This document shows positions 53,816-64,000 of a stretch of 64,000 nucleotides of DNA, one piece after another. This stretch comes from Octopus sinensis. Its lineage: Eukaryota. The stretch is taken from contig NC_042998.1 of NCBI RefSeq assembly GCF_006345805.1, positions 3,472,001 through 3,536,000 of the forward strand, written 5' to 3'. The position numbers and the translations under genes are program-made. Numbering within the stretch: position 1 is the stretch's first letter; each line of letters begins with the position of its first letter. The notes under the pieces are model-generated. The model was not told the DNA's origin. It saw only the letters and a program-made list of their open reading frames with translations, and searched no databases.

Positions 53816-54267
53816 AACAACATTGAAAACCGAGCGATTGTTTGCCGTATAGAAATTGCGATGAAACGGCAGTTGTCAAGGTTGATCAGCTCTCAAAAGC
53901 TCACCTGTTTCCCCCCTCCTCCCACCTGGACATTGCTTGTTCTGCTACCATATATTTTCTCCACTTCTGTGTCTATTCAACACCTGCAGTCAGACTATAT
54001 CTTCTTAACACTTAGTCATCAAGAACAAAGAAAGTATGAAACAGTACGTATTATGCCTATCTTTTCTTATTGCTCTCATTCAAACATCAACAGTGTATCC
54101 TTAAGTAAAAGCTACTTCAGCACTTCTCCTAGCTTGACTAAAAGAGGAACGGGTGCAGGCACGGCTGCGTGGTTCACAAGTTCGCTTCGCAAGTTACATC
54201 TTTCTAAGGTTTGGTTCTGCTGCGTGGCACATTGAGCAACAACATCTGGTCAATATAATTTGATAGT

Positions 54268-54487
54268 CAAAGGCAGCAAGCTGGCAGAATTGGTGGCAGG
54301 CTGGGAAAAATACCCAGCGGCATTTCGTCCGTCTTTGCATTCTGAGTTCACATTCGACCAAGGTCGACTTTGCCTTTCATCCCTTTCGGGGGCCAATAGC
54401 ATAAGTACCAGCTGAGCGCTTGGGTTGGTGCAATCGACTTAACCTCTCCGCCAAATCTGCTGGCCTTGCGCCAAAATTTCCAACCAA
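54268..54487 (+). mobile_element. SINE S1b
   Basis: GGCAGCAAGCTGGCAGAA...TGCTGGCCTTGCGCCAAAATTT. Confidence 0.75.
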
Positions 54488-54713
54488 TATTATTTGATTG
54501 TCAGAAACTGTGAAGTTCGTCGTCAGTTCGTCTCTATGTATGTACAAATAAAGGTAATGTGTGCGTGTGTGTGCGCGCGCGCGCGCGTGTGTGTGCATAT
54601 ATATATGTGTATATATGTAATAAGAAAACGGGGAAAAGATTAAAAAAACAACAGCGTGAGTGCGTGGCACATGCAAAGTATTAATAAGACGCTCAGAGAA
54701 GCAAAATAGTGAT

Positions 54714-54750
54714 TGTTTTACGTTTCGATCAAAGCTCTTCTTCCGAAACA
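54714..54750 (-). ncRNA. Decayed minimal hammerhead (HHR-A) retaining stem I
   Basis: UGUUU-CGGAAGA-A-GAGC-UUU-GAUC-GAAA-CG-UA|AAACA. The flank GGAAAAAATCGCCAACAGTCC is shared with the 4100 and 5990 copies. Confidence 0.5.
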
Positions 54751-56350
54751 GGAAATTAGGAAAGTCAAAAAATAAAAGGAAGAAGGAGGAAAAAATCGCC
54801 AACAGTCCGTGTGTAGTTAAACAACTAATAACAACACACTGTTGGCGAAGGTTAATTTCAGTAAATCAATCGTCCATTTTGTATGATTCTTAGTATAACA
54901 TTTCCGCTTTTGTTGTCCAATTTCATGTCACTATAAACTATTTTTCTAGGCTCGTTCTTGTCGCTGTTACTGCTGCTTGTGTGTGTTGTGTGCGCGTACT
55001 GGCGAAAGATAAACATCCCCGAGATAACTCGGATGTATGTATCACACAAATACCTACTGTATTTTGTCCACCCGTGTTGCATAGACATTTCCTTGTTCCT
55101 CTCACTTTCGAAAATGCAGCAAACTAGCAATTGGCTCTTTAGAAACCTATAAGAAACGACACAATCCACAAAATGCAAGATATACTGCATAAAACATGCA
55201 ACAGATATTTACTTGTCTAAATTTTTAGGTGTGTATATAAACTGTGTTATAATGACAACTTGTGAATGTAATTTAAATATCACGCCATCTTTAAAATTAT
55301 TGAACAAAAGTGTGAAGTTGAAGCCTCTTTTATTAGCTTCCAATGAATGTAGCCTACATTTATATGAATTCTACTCTATTAAAATTGCTTGAAATACACT
55401 ACAGGAAATTAACCTTCTGTGAAATTGCAATGTTCCAAATGGTTTTGAAAGCTGTTATTGTATTGAATATACATTGGTACATTGTCAATGAGTGGTGTTA
55501 ATAAACAGGTTTGATGTCCATTTTAAAAGGCTTCGCTTCGTACGTCAGCAATGACCTAAGAAAAAAACGTACCAATTTTCCACTCTGAAAGGTTTCCTGT
55601 TTTATGTTTTTAGTTGTGAGTTGCCGTGGATAATAACTAGTATCTATAAATCGGTGATTAACTGCACTTTCTAAGTTGAAATATTGCTGAGTGCCAAAGT
55701 GTCTGGAGCATTGTACAGTCGCTAACCTTTCAAGAATCAAATACACATGAAAATAGATTATTCTCGCGTTTCAGCGCGACGAATATTTATATATTGCTGG
55801 GCGTCTAACATTCACACATCCGCATATTTTAGATTATTTCCAATGAAAACAATCTTTAAACCAGCAACACTCTTCAAACACTGTCTCGCTTTTGAGTTCC
55901 GTTCACTGGCGCCGCTTTTAGAGTTACTGTCAAGTCGTCTGATCTGAATTTCTGACAAAATCCTATTGCATCAAACTTTATTTTAAGCATTTTATCCACT
56001 TCCTCGCAATTTTCCTGGTGCCTCTATGCTTCATAAAAATTACTGCAAGACCATATACGCCTTAATCTTATTTGGGCCTTCAAACTCGACATTAACCAGA
56101 TGATTTCATCTAATGAATCCCTTGTTGAATAGAAACTGGGAAAACTATCAAATGCTTGGTGAACAGTCAAAATTGATTTCGGTTTTATTCATTATATTTT
56201 TGTTCATGAAGTCTTTAAATGGCCGTTGGTCAAATTATATAATTGAATATATGAAGCAAATAGCACCTAGTATACACAGTGCTATTAATATATGGTTGGT
56301 CCATACGTCGCTACATGCTTCGACAACCCGCATTCTACAGCAACGGAGGT

Positions 56351-56715
56351 GGAGGCGCAATGGCCCATTGGTTAGGGCAGCGGACTCGCGGTCGGAGGAT
56401 TGCGGTTTCGACTCCCAGACCGGGCGTTGTGTGTGTTTATTAAGCGAAAACACCTAAAGCTCCACGAGGCTCCGGCAGGGGTCGGTGGCGACCCCTGTTG
56501 TACTCTTTCGCTCCAACTTTCTCTCACTCTTTCTTCCTGTTTCTTGTCCCCGACTTCCTATGCAACCGCTGAGCCTGGATGCGCATTCATCCATCCGTCG
56601 ATGCTCTCGGTGTCCGGGGGTTGACCTGCTTTCTTTTCTGCGTGTCTTACGAATAGCAAAGGACCACGTTTCGGATGTCTCCCACTAGGACGAAGACCGC
56701 TATGCTTAACAGCAA
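56351..56715 (+). mobile_element. SINE head A + distinct tail U
   Basis: Head A through TTCCTGTTTCTTG, then a 3' sequence not seen elsewhere in the window, ending (AACAGC)n. Confidence 0.7.
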
Positions 56716-57528
56716 CAGCAATTGAGAAGTTATCTCCCTCTCTTCTGTCAACCTCGTATATGTACCGATGTTGATCTGAAGTATTATAAAATTTGAATTC
56801 GAACCGTTAACCCTACTCAGGACTCCAAATAAACAATGTACAAACGCAAATAGAAAGTAACGAGAAATTAGATATATAACTACGATGAACCTGACTTAAA
56901 GTATCTTTTAATAAAGATAAATACAAACACAAAAACACTGACATGCGCGCACGTGTGTGTGGGTATGTATGAAACACTGTCTTTCCCTCAACATATCATA
57001 CATGACCTCTGCATGACCAGCCTGTTTATAAAACTACCCATGCTTTTTGGTAGAGGTCATTCACTTGGGCATTTTCACTTTTCCGTTTCTGTTTGGTCTA
57101 AAACTTTAAATTTAGTTTTCATTTCAGCTCATGGTTTACTTACGTTTATCGTAAATTTCTTTTCATACATTTTCGTAGTCCGAAAGGATCCAAGCCTTTC
57201 CTATTAGCGTTACTTTCGCACGTCTTAATTCTGTGGTTTAGCCGATATGTCTTCTGTATATACAGATATCTGTGTCATTTACACACACACACACATGTAT
57301 ATATATATGTGTGTGTATACATACATCTGTATGTATGTATTGTGTATATAAATATATATATATATATAGATCAATAAATGGTGGGGTTGTATATATGTAT
57401 TATATATATATATACATGTATTAGAATTTTCTCAGATTTTTCAGATTTTTGTATGCTAGGCTACTGGTTTTAAATGATATTAATTAAATTAATATTCAAT
57501 TTATCTCCCTCATTATTTAAATATATAT

Positions 57529-57597
<69 letters not shown>

Positions 57598-58259
57598 CAC
57601 GTACGCCTACACGTGTGTATGTGTTGCAGACATACATACCTGTGTGTGTGTGTGTGGTGTGTGTGTGTGTGTGGTGTGTGTGTGTGTGTGTTTGTGTGTG
57701 TTTGTAGATGCAGCCTAGAAACAAATCTAACATATTCCAAAACCATTCAATGTTTTCATTTATTGGGTGACAGGATCTGGCACTCTGCATCATTTATTTT
57801 CATGCCCTATTTTGTTTTTTTCCTTTTTGCACGATTCGTCTAGACATTTTGTCGATATTTTTACATTGCCAAAGATCTTGAATATTTGGGTCGCATCATC
57901 TGTGTGTGTAATATGTATAGAGGGGGCTTGAAGGAGTAACAGTCTTTTTGTTTTCCCCATGACAAATTCCAGGAAAATGATTGAAGAACAGCAGCAGACC
58001 ATCCGTGGGCATGTTCCACTCGTTTTTGTGGTACAGTACGTCCCTAATTCGCACTATTTTCGTGTCTACATGAACGACTGTCATTATATTCCTTAGGGCC
58101 ATTCCTTGGTTGATATCGAAGGCTGGAAAATAGCGGCTGATGCATTCCTACTAGATTTAAAACAAAAGTGAGACTCACCCGTCGTTTCTTCAGTTTTGCT
58201 TTTCATGTGGAGCTTGTTTTTTGGTAGTAGAGTAAAAAAAATTCTTCAGAAAATGTGAA

Positions 58260-58470
58260 TAGGAGTGGCTGTGTGGTAAGTAGGCGTAAGAGTGGTTGTG
58301 TGGTAAGTAGCTTGCTTACGAACCACATGGTTCCGGATTCAGTCCCACTGCGTAGCACCTTGGGCATGTGTCTTCTACTAAAGCCTCGGGCCGACCAAAG
58401 CCACGGGCCGACCAAAGCCTTGTGAGTGGATTTGGAAGACGGAAATTGAAACAAGCCCGTCGTATATATG

Positions 58471-58513
<43 letters not shown>

Positions 58514-58712
58514 TTGTGTGTCCCCGCAACATCGCTTGACAACCGATGCTGGTGTGTTTACGCCCCCGTAATTTAGCGGTTCGGCAAAAGAAACCGAAAG
58601 AATAAGTACTAGGCTTACAAAGAATAAGTCCTGGGGTCGATTTGCTCGACTAAAGGCGGTGCTCCAGTATGGCCACAGTCACATGACTGAAACAAGTTAC
58701 AGAGTAAAAGAG
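58260..58712 (+). mobile_element. SINE S2 with small internal duplications
   Basis: Duplicated head start and duplicated GGGCCGACCAAAGCC. Confidence 0.85.
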
Positions 58713-58784
58713 TTATACGCTGTCACTAGCATCCACAATATTCGAAAAACAAAGAATCCTAATTTGTAACAACAGGTATTCCGT

Positions 58785-59098
58785 TGGTTTAAGACGGCGG
58801 GTGCTCCTGTTAATCCAATCAACGGAACAGCCTGGTCGGGAAATTAACGTCGAAGGGGCTAAGCACTCAAACAGACATGCTTACCCCTTAACGTTGTTCT
58901 CCGGGAGATTAAGCGTGACATAGAAAGTGACAAAGCTGGCTCTTTGAAATACATGTGCAACTCATTTTTGACAGCAATGTGGACTGGAGCAACGTGAAAT
59001 AAATCGTCGTGCTTAAAAGCATAACACGCCGCCGGGAATCGAACTCACGGCCTGCAAATTTTGTTCTGAATGCCCTAACCATTAAACCACGCGCCTTC
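58785..59098 (-). mobile_element. SINE head B + tail T, diverged
   Basis: Tail matches 13154-13330; head matches 30631. Confidence 0.7.
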
Positions 59099-59209
59099 AT
59101 TTATTTTTGATTGGCAACCAGCACCACAAAGTTAGACCGTACATCGCTCTTATTATTTTTTGTACAATCTAAACATCGAAAACGAGGACCTTAAAACCTT
59201 AGGATAAAC

Positions 59210-59400
59210 AAAAAGAGCTGGAAGATTTTGAAATGCAGTGTCTATGATTTGAATACTAATATCATCAAAAGGCAGACGTAGAAATACTTCCGCAGGAAAA
59301 GCTCTTCATACGTCATGCACCATTAACGTGGTATAAGAAGGAAGAGACTAAGATGGTTTGCCCATCAAATAATTACGAAGGCCACTCAGACAGTAAATAG
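59210..59400 (+). mobile_element. Decayed RTE-type LINE ORF2 fragment
   Basis: ELEDFEMQCL... and, after a frameshift, IRRKRLRWFAH, resembling the RTE FEM.CLR.I / RRLRW.GH motifs. Confidence 0.5.
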
Positions 59401-60135
59401 GGTGGCGTTTCGCCAAGACTTCCTAAATTCCAGTCAGTACGATAGACCACCTAAGAAGTTGAGCATAAAGACACAAGCTTATTGCTCACTAGAGTAGAAG
59501 GAAAGGTATCCCATCGGACTGTTGGGTAGTTGTCCTGCTGGAAAGAGAGGATGATGGTCCGGAATGAACTGAGTGTTTGATACACGGAAGCATATATATA
59601 TATAGGTACGTTCGTATCTTCGTACATACAGATGTCACCATAAAGCTAAAACTCATCGATTTAATAAACACCTAAGCCGAACGAACTGTTCAAGAATTTA
59701 CAGATACTCCAGCCAGATTACAAGTTTGTATGTATATTTATACCTGTAACCAAATGCGTCATCACCAACCTTGAGAAATTAAGATTCTCGAACTCAGAAT
59801 TGTGGAACTGGTAAGAAAACTACAGATACGAACCGTCAATACAAATGCAAAAATAAAACTTTTCGTATGTCTAGCATGTAAGTACATCTGCACGTGTCCA
59901 GACATGCAAATAGATGTATGAGTACGTAAAGCATAGCATACACATCTGCACATATACTGAGGCCAAACACTTGCAGATATACACGAACACGAACAACTAA
60001 CCTGTTGATAATGTTGAAATTCCAATGAAGGAACCGTGAATCTAGGTTAGAAACCAAATGTTTCTACATTGGCAAGAACTCTAGAAATAAAACTAAATAA
60101 TAGCATACATACGCACGTATGTATGTAAGCTCATA

Positions 60136-60234
<99 letters not shown>

Positions 60235-60260
60235 ATATGTATATGTATGTATGTATATAT

Positions 60261-60291
<31 letters not shown>

Positions 60292-60717
60292 GAAATAATC
60301 CATGTACCTTATCTCGTGGGGTTTTACTGGAGACGATCCAAGTTGATACAAATCAACGAAAACATTGTCACGACTTATGATCAAGGAATGGAACCGGAAG
60401 AAAAGACGCGCTGAAAATTTTCATAATCTTCTCAACTGGCACCCACTCATCTGGACGAAATCTTAAAACCCCTAAAGATGTCGTAACCCTGGAAAGCAGC
60501 AGGCTTTGATGATATTTTACGCTAAGCCCTGAAAGCTAATACTTACCCCATTACCAATGTTTCAGGTCTCTACTGTAGAAGTTATGAAAAGAATACAAAA
60601 TGCTTATTAAATGGAACAAAGTCTATCGGATGCAATTACAAAACGTAGGAGTTAGAGCTCTACTCTGTACTACAGAATCTCGAACATGCTCGTTCTCATT
60701 AATATCCTTAATTAAAT

Positions 60718-60875
60718 ACGACAGGCTTCTTTCAGTTTCCGTCCATCAAATCAACTCACGAGGCTTTGGTCGGCCCGAGGCTATAGTAGACACTTGCCCA
60801 AGGTGCCACGTAGTGGGACTGAACCCAGAACTATGCGGTTGGAAAGCAAGCTTCTTACCACACTGCCACGCCTGC
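60718..60875 (-). mobile_element. SINE S2 5' part
   Basis: Reverse complement of the S2 head and core. Confidence 0.75.
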
Positions 60876-61067
60876 GTATATAAAAAACACTTACTCAAGG
60901 GGCCACGCAGAGGGACTGAAACAAAGACCACATGATTGGGAAGTAAACTCTTCAGCTACAAAGCTACGCTTGTGGTCTTGCTGGCGCTTGGCCCAGATCG
61001 AAAGAGTAGATATACGATGAGTATTTACTTGCTCTATCAGAAAGAAGGAACAGAATCCATGACTCTT

Positions 61068-61298
61068 GCAAACCCAGCAGAATTGTTAACACGCCGGGCG
61101 AAATTCTTTGAGATATTTCGTCTGCCGTTACGTTCCGAGTTCAAATTCCGTCGAGGTCGACTTTGCCTTTCATCTTCTCGCGGTCGATTAAATGAGTACC
61201 AGTTACGCACTGGGGTCGATATAATCGACTTAATTCTTTTGTCTGTACTTGTTTGTCCCCTCTATATTTAGTCCCCTGTGGGCAATAAAGAAATAAAT
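61068..61298 (+). mobile_element. SINE S1
   Basis: Diverged full monomer. Confidence 0.8.
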
Positions 61299-61544
61299 TT
61301 TCTATTTAAAGTGCTGCAGGTCAACTAATGCGGGAAATACATGCGAGAAAGAGATTCCAGAAGGCTGATGTTCTGAAGAGGAAGAATTAAACAGGGTGGT
61401 TAGTGCAGGTAAAGGAACGAGTCTATCCAGGTCTCGACACCAAGATTAGGTGGGTACACCTGATTGGTTGGTTACGAAACAAGCCAGCTTCGAAAAGTAG
61501 GGGTTATTCTAGTAGTGATAGAATAGGCAGAAAGAGGACAATGC

Positions 61545-61660
61545 CATGTTGAACAAAATGAAATGCTTTACGTATCTAGAAAGAATGGTGTCCGTAACTG
61601 GAAGTATAGAGCAGAACATGGAAGCAGGACATGGAAAAGTTGTTCTAACATCCAGTATTT
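61545..61660 (+). mobile_element. Possible decayed LINE RT fragment
   Basis: LNKMKCFTYLERMVSVTGSIEQNMEAGHGK resembles the RT F.YLGS.I..G motif region. Confidence 0.35.
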
Positions 61661-62383
61661 TACAGAGTCGTGAAGATAAAAGTGCTACTCAGGAATATTA
61701 TTGAAGTTGAGACTTTTCGGTAGCGACACGGCATCATGGTAGATGAATGCAACATTTTCAGATAGCTCCAAAGATTTAGATACATGCCTGTGTGCTTGTG
61801 ACTGTGTGTCGTTCTTTTAATATTCTTCCGCTCTTTCATTAACTTTCGCTTCTCATTTCTGTATCTGTTCTTTCTCTTTAAAATGCGGTCACACGTTTTT
61901 AATCTTCATTCTTTTTGCAATACCCATTAAATTTCATACATACTTACGTATACAGCATACATATACACACGCATGCGCAAGACGCACTCACAAACCAGTA
62001 GATCGTCATATACACAGACACAAATGCAGTCAGAAACACACGTGTACATCACTCCCTCGTTCTCTCTCTCTCTCTCTCTCCTACTCACTTATCTGAAACA
62101 ATTAGGGTCCCCCACTCACCTACACAGATGCTCTGTCCCTCCGCCCGCCAGACTGTTTTTTTTTTAATCTCTCACATTCTGTCATGCCACGCTTACCAAA
62201 CATTGTCTCGGGTTACAAACGATGCTGTGCAAGAAACGCACGTGTATATGTGCGCATGTTTTTGAGCATCGTAGGTATGTATGTTATGGCAATCTATGTT
62301 TCGTGTGTGTCTGGATACAATGGACATATGCGTCTCGTTATGCAATTTGCATGTATGTGTGCGTGGGTGTTTGTGTGTGTATG

Positions 62384-62432
<49 letters not shown>

Positions 62433-62555
62433 GCGTGCGTACATGTGTGTGTATTCACTTTTTCGCTTTGCAGCCTCATTAGCAAGAAATGGTCATAATT
62501 ATTGGGACTACTTCCATCGTGCGTGTGTGCGTGCGTGTATATATATATGCATATG

Positions 62556-62587
<32 letters not shown>

Positions 62588-63301
62588 CAGAGAGACAGAG
62601 GGAGACAGAGACAGAGACAGAGAGACAGAGAGACAGAGGGAGAGAGAGAGAGAGAGGGAGAGAGAGAGGGAGAGGGGGATGCATACACACATATACACAG
62701 ACCACACGTGTACTCACACGCATGTGCGAGTGTACATAAGTTTGTCTTTGTGCATTTGAATCCTAGTAAAATGCCATTTAGAGTGCAAGTAAGCATATGC
62801 GCACGAGCGAGCGGATGTTAGAGTGTGCACGCGTGCGCATGTCTGTGATATGCACATATATATCAGATCAGCTTGTCTCCGTGTTTATGTCTATAACTCC
62901 TTGAGGTGTAGTGACAAGTGACACTACAACAGGCTCTTTCTTTTAACATTGCTGTTGACAGCCAGTGAGATTTAGTAACGCTCAACTCTTCTGAAAACGA
63001 CTGAGCATACCCGAAATATTTTCTAGAGAGGTTCTTCACCAATTCCGTCAGTCTGGTCGCCCTTAACTATTGATCTCCTTCCTGGTTGCTCAACCTGCCG
63101 GCAATAGCCATTAGATTTTCCTCAAATCATACTTTTTCCTTTTAGATAAGTTACAGATTGTAATGTGCAATTTAGATTGTGCAATCTCAAACACAAAAGC
63201 TAGACGAGATTATTTGGATGTGTGGACTGACTCAGTCAGGGCTGATTTGAAGTTAAACAATAACAGTAATAATTGCTGATTGGATTACATTACTGATTTA
63301 A

Positions 63302-63821
63302 CCCTTTAGTAATCAGATTACTCTGTCAAATGTAATGCATATTTAATCACACTGAACCAATTAGGCATTATCTCGTAGCTTTGAGGTATTGATGAAGTGA
63401 TTATTTTCAACGAATTGTTGGATAGGTGTGAGAGAACAAGTCTGGGATCTTTACCTTTTGACCGACAGATTTAAAAAGTAATTTTTTGTAACTAAACACT
63501 TTCAAACTTCGGACACTGGTAGAATGTGTCATATAAATTTTATTCAGCTGAATACACATCATTGATTGGTTGAAATTACCGAAATACTACAACTTTAACG
63601 TGAAATACCTTCCTAAATATAAGCTTTTCTCAAAAAACGCTAAGAGTAAAAGATGTTTCTTATGACACATTCTACCAGTGTCCGAAGTTTGAAAGTGTTT
63701 AGTTACAAAAAAATTATTTTAAAAAATCTGTCAGTCAAAAAGGTAAAGATCTCAAGTCTGACCAGCTTGAACATAAAACAGCTATAATATTTTGACTCTT
63801 GCCAGTTTAAATGCCAAGAGG
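63302..63821. mobile_element. piggyBac-like MITE (TTAA|CCCTTTAG...) hosting a nested insertion
   Basis: TTAA at 63298-63301, then CCCTTTAG; degenerate right end GCCAAGAGG|TTGA. Confidence 0.5.
63445..63752. mobile_element. MITE with ~90-bp TIRs and 8-bp TSD
   Basis: 63445-63533 pairs with 63661-63752; CAAGTCTG at 63437-63444 and 63753-63760. Confidence 0.88.
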
Positions 63822-63825
63822 TTGA

Positions 63826-63985
63826 GGCAACGAACTAGCAGAATCGTTTGCACGTCGGACAAAATTCTTAGCGACATTTCTTTCGTCTGTTTTCGTTCAA
63901 ATCCCTTCAAGGTCCATTTTAATTCTTTTTATCCTTTCGTGGTTGATAAAATAAGTACCAGTTGAGTACTGGAGTCGATGTACCA
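63826..63985 (+). mobile_element. SINE S1b, diverged
   Basis: GGCAACGAACTAGCAGAATCG...TTTCGTGGTTGATAAAATAAGTACC. Confidence 0.65.
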
Positions 63986-64000
63986 GTACTTTCCAGTGAA

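Noticed and set aside
54037-54105. Signal-peptide-like MKQYVLCLSFLIALIQTSTVYP
   Set aside because: Ends in a stop after 22 codons with no convincing donor site.
54950-55034. Hydrophobic exon-like segment SFLSLLLLLVCVVCAYWRK
   Set aside because: Partly driven by TG repeats; no independent support.
57973-58168. Protein-like stretch KMIEEQQQTIRGHVPLVFVVQYVP with splice-like ends
   Set aside because: All three frames contain stops and I recognise no homolog.
60020-60075. Three-way junction CCAATG/CATTGG
   Set aside because: No catalytic core residues.

Overview
AT-rich eukaryotic non-coding DNA, most likely from an octopus/coleoid cephalopod (inferred from the tRNA-derived SINE families and the dense TA/CA/TATG/TAA microsatellites). 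No host gene can be called confidently, and most listed ORFs are microsatellite artefacts. The window contains about 40 SINE copies from several modular families, a non-autonomous Helitron, three decayed mariner pieces, a Dong/R4 LINE 3' end in a (TAA)n tract, RTE-type LINE fragments, nested MITEs and a U6-snRNA/retroelement-tail chimera. The main observation is a set of type I hammerhead ribozymes (HHRs) from at least five unrelated sequence families. They occur in (i) a ~590-bp tandem array with one intact HHR per unit (retrozyme or Penelope pLTR-like), (ii) long foldbacks with outward-facing HHRs in the arms, (iii) long hairpins with the HHR at the apex, and (iv) a dispersed minimal-HHR repeat. 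All folds were worked out by eye; cleavage activity is untested. SINE boundaries are approximate unless a TSD is given.
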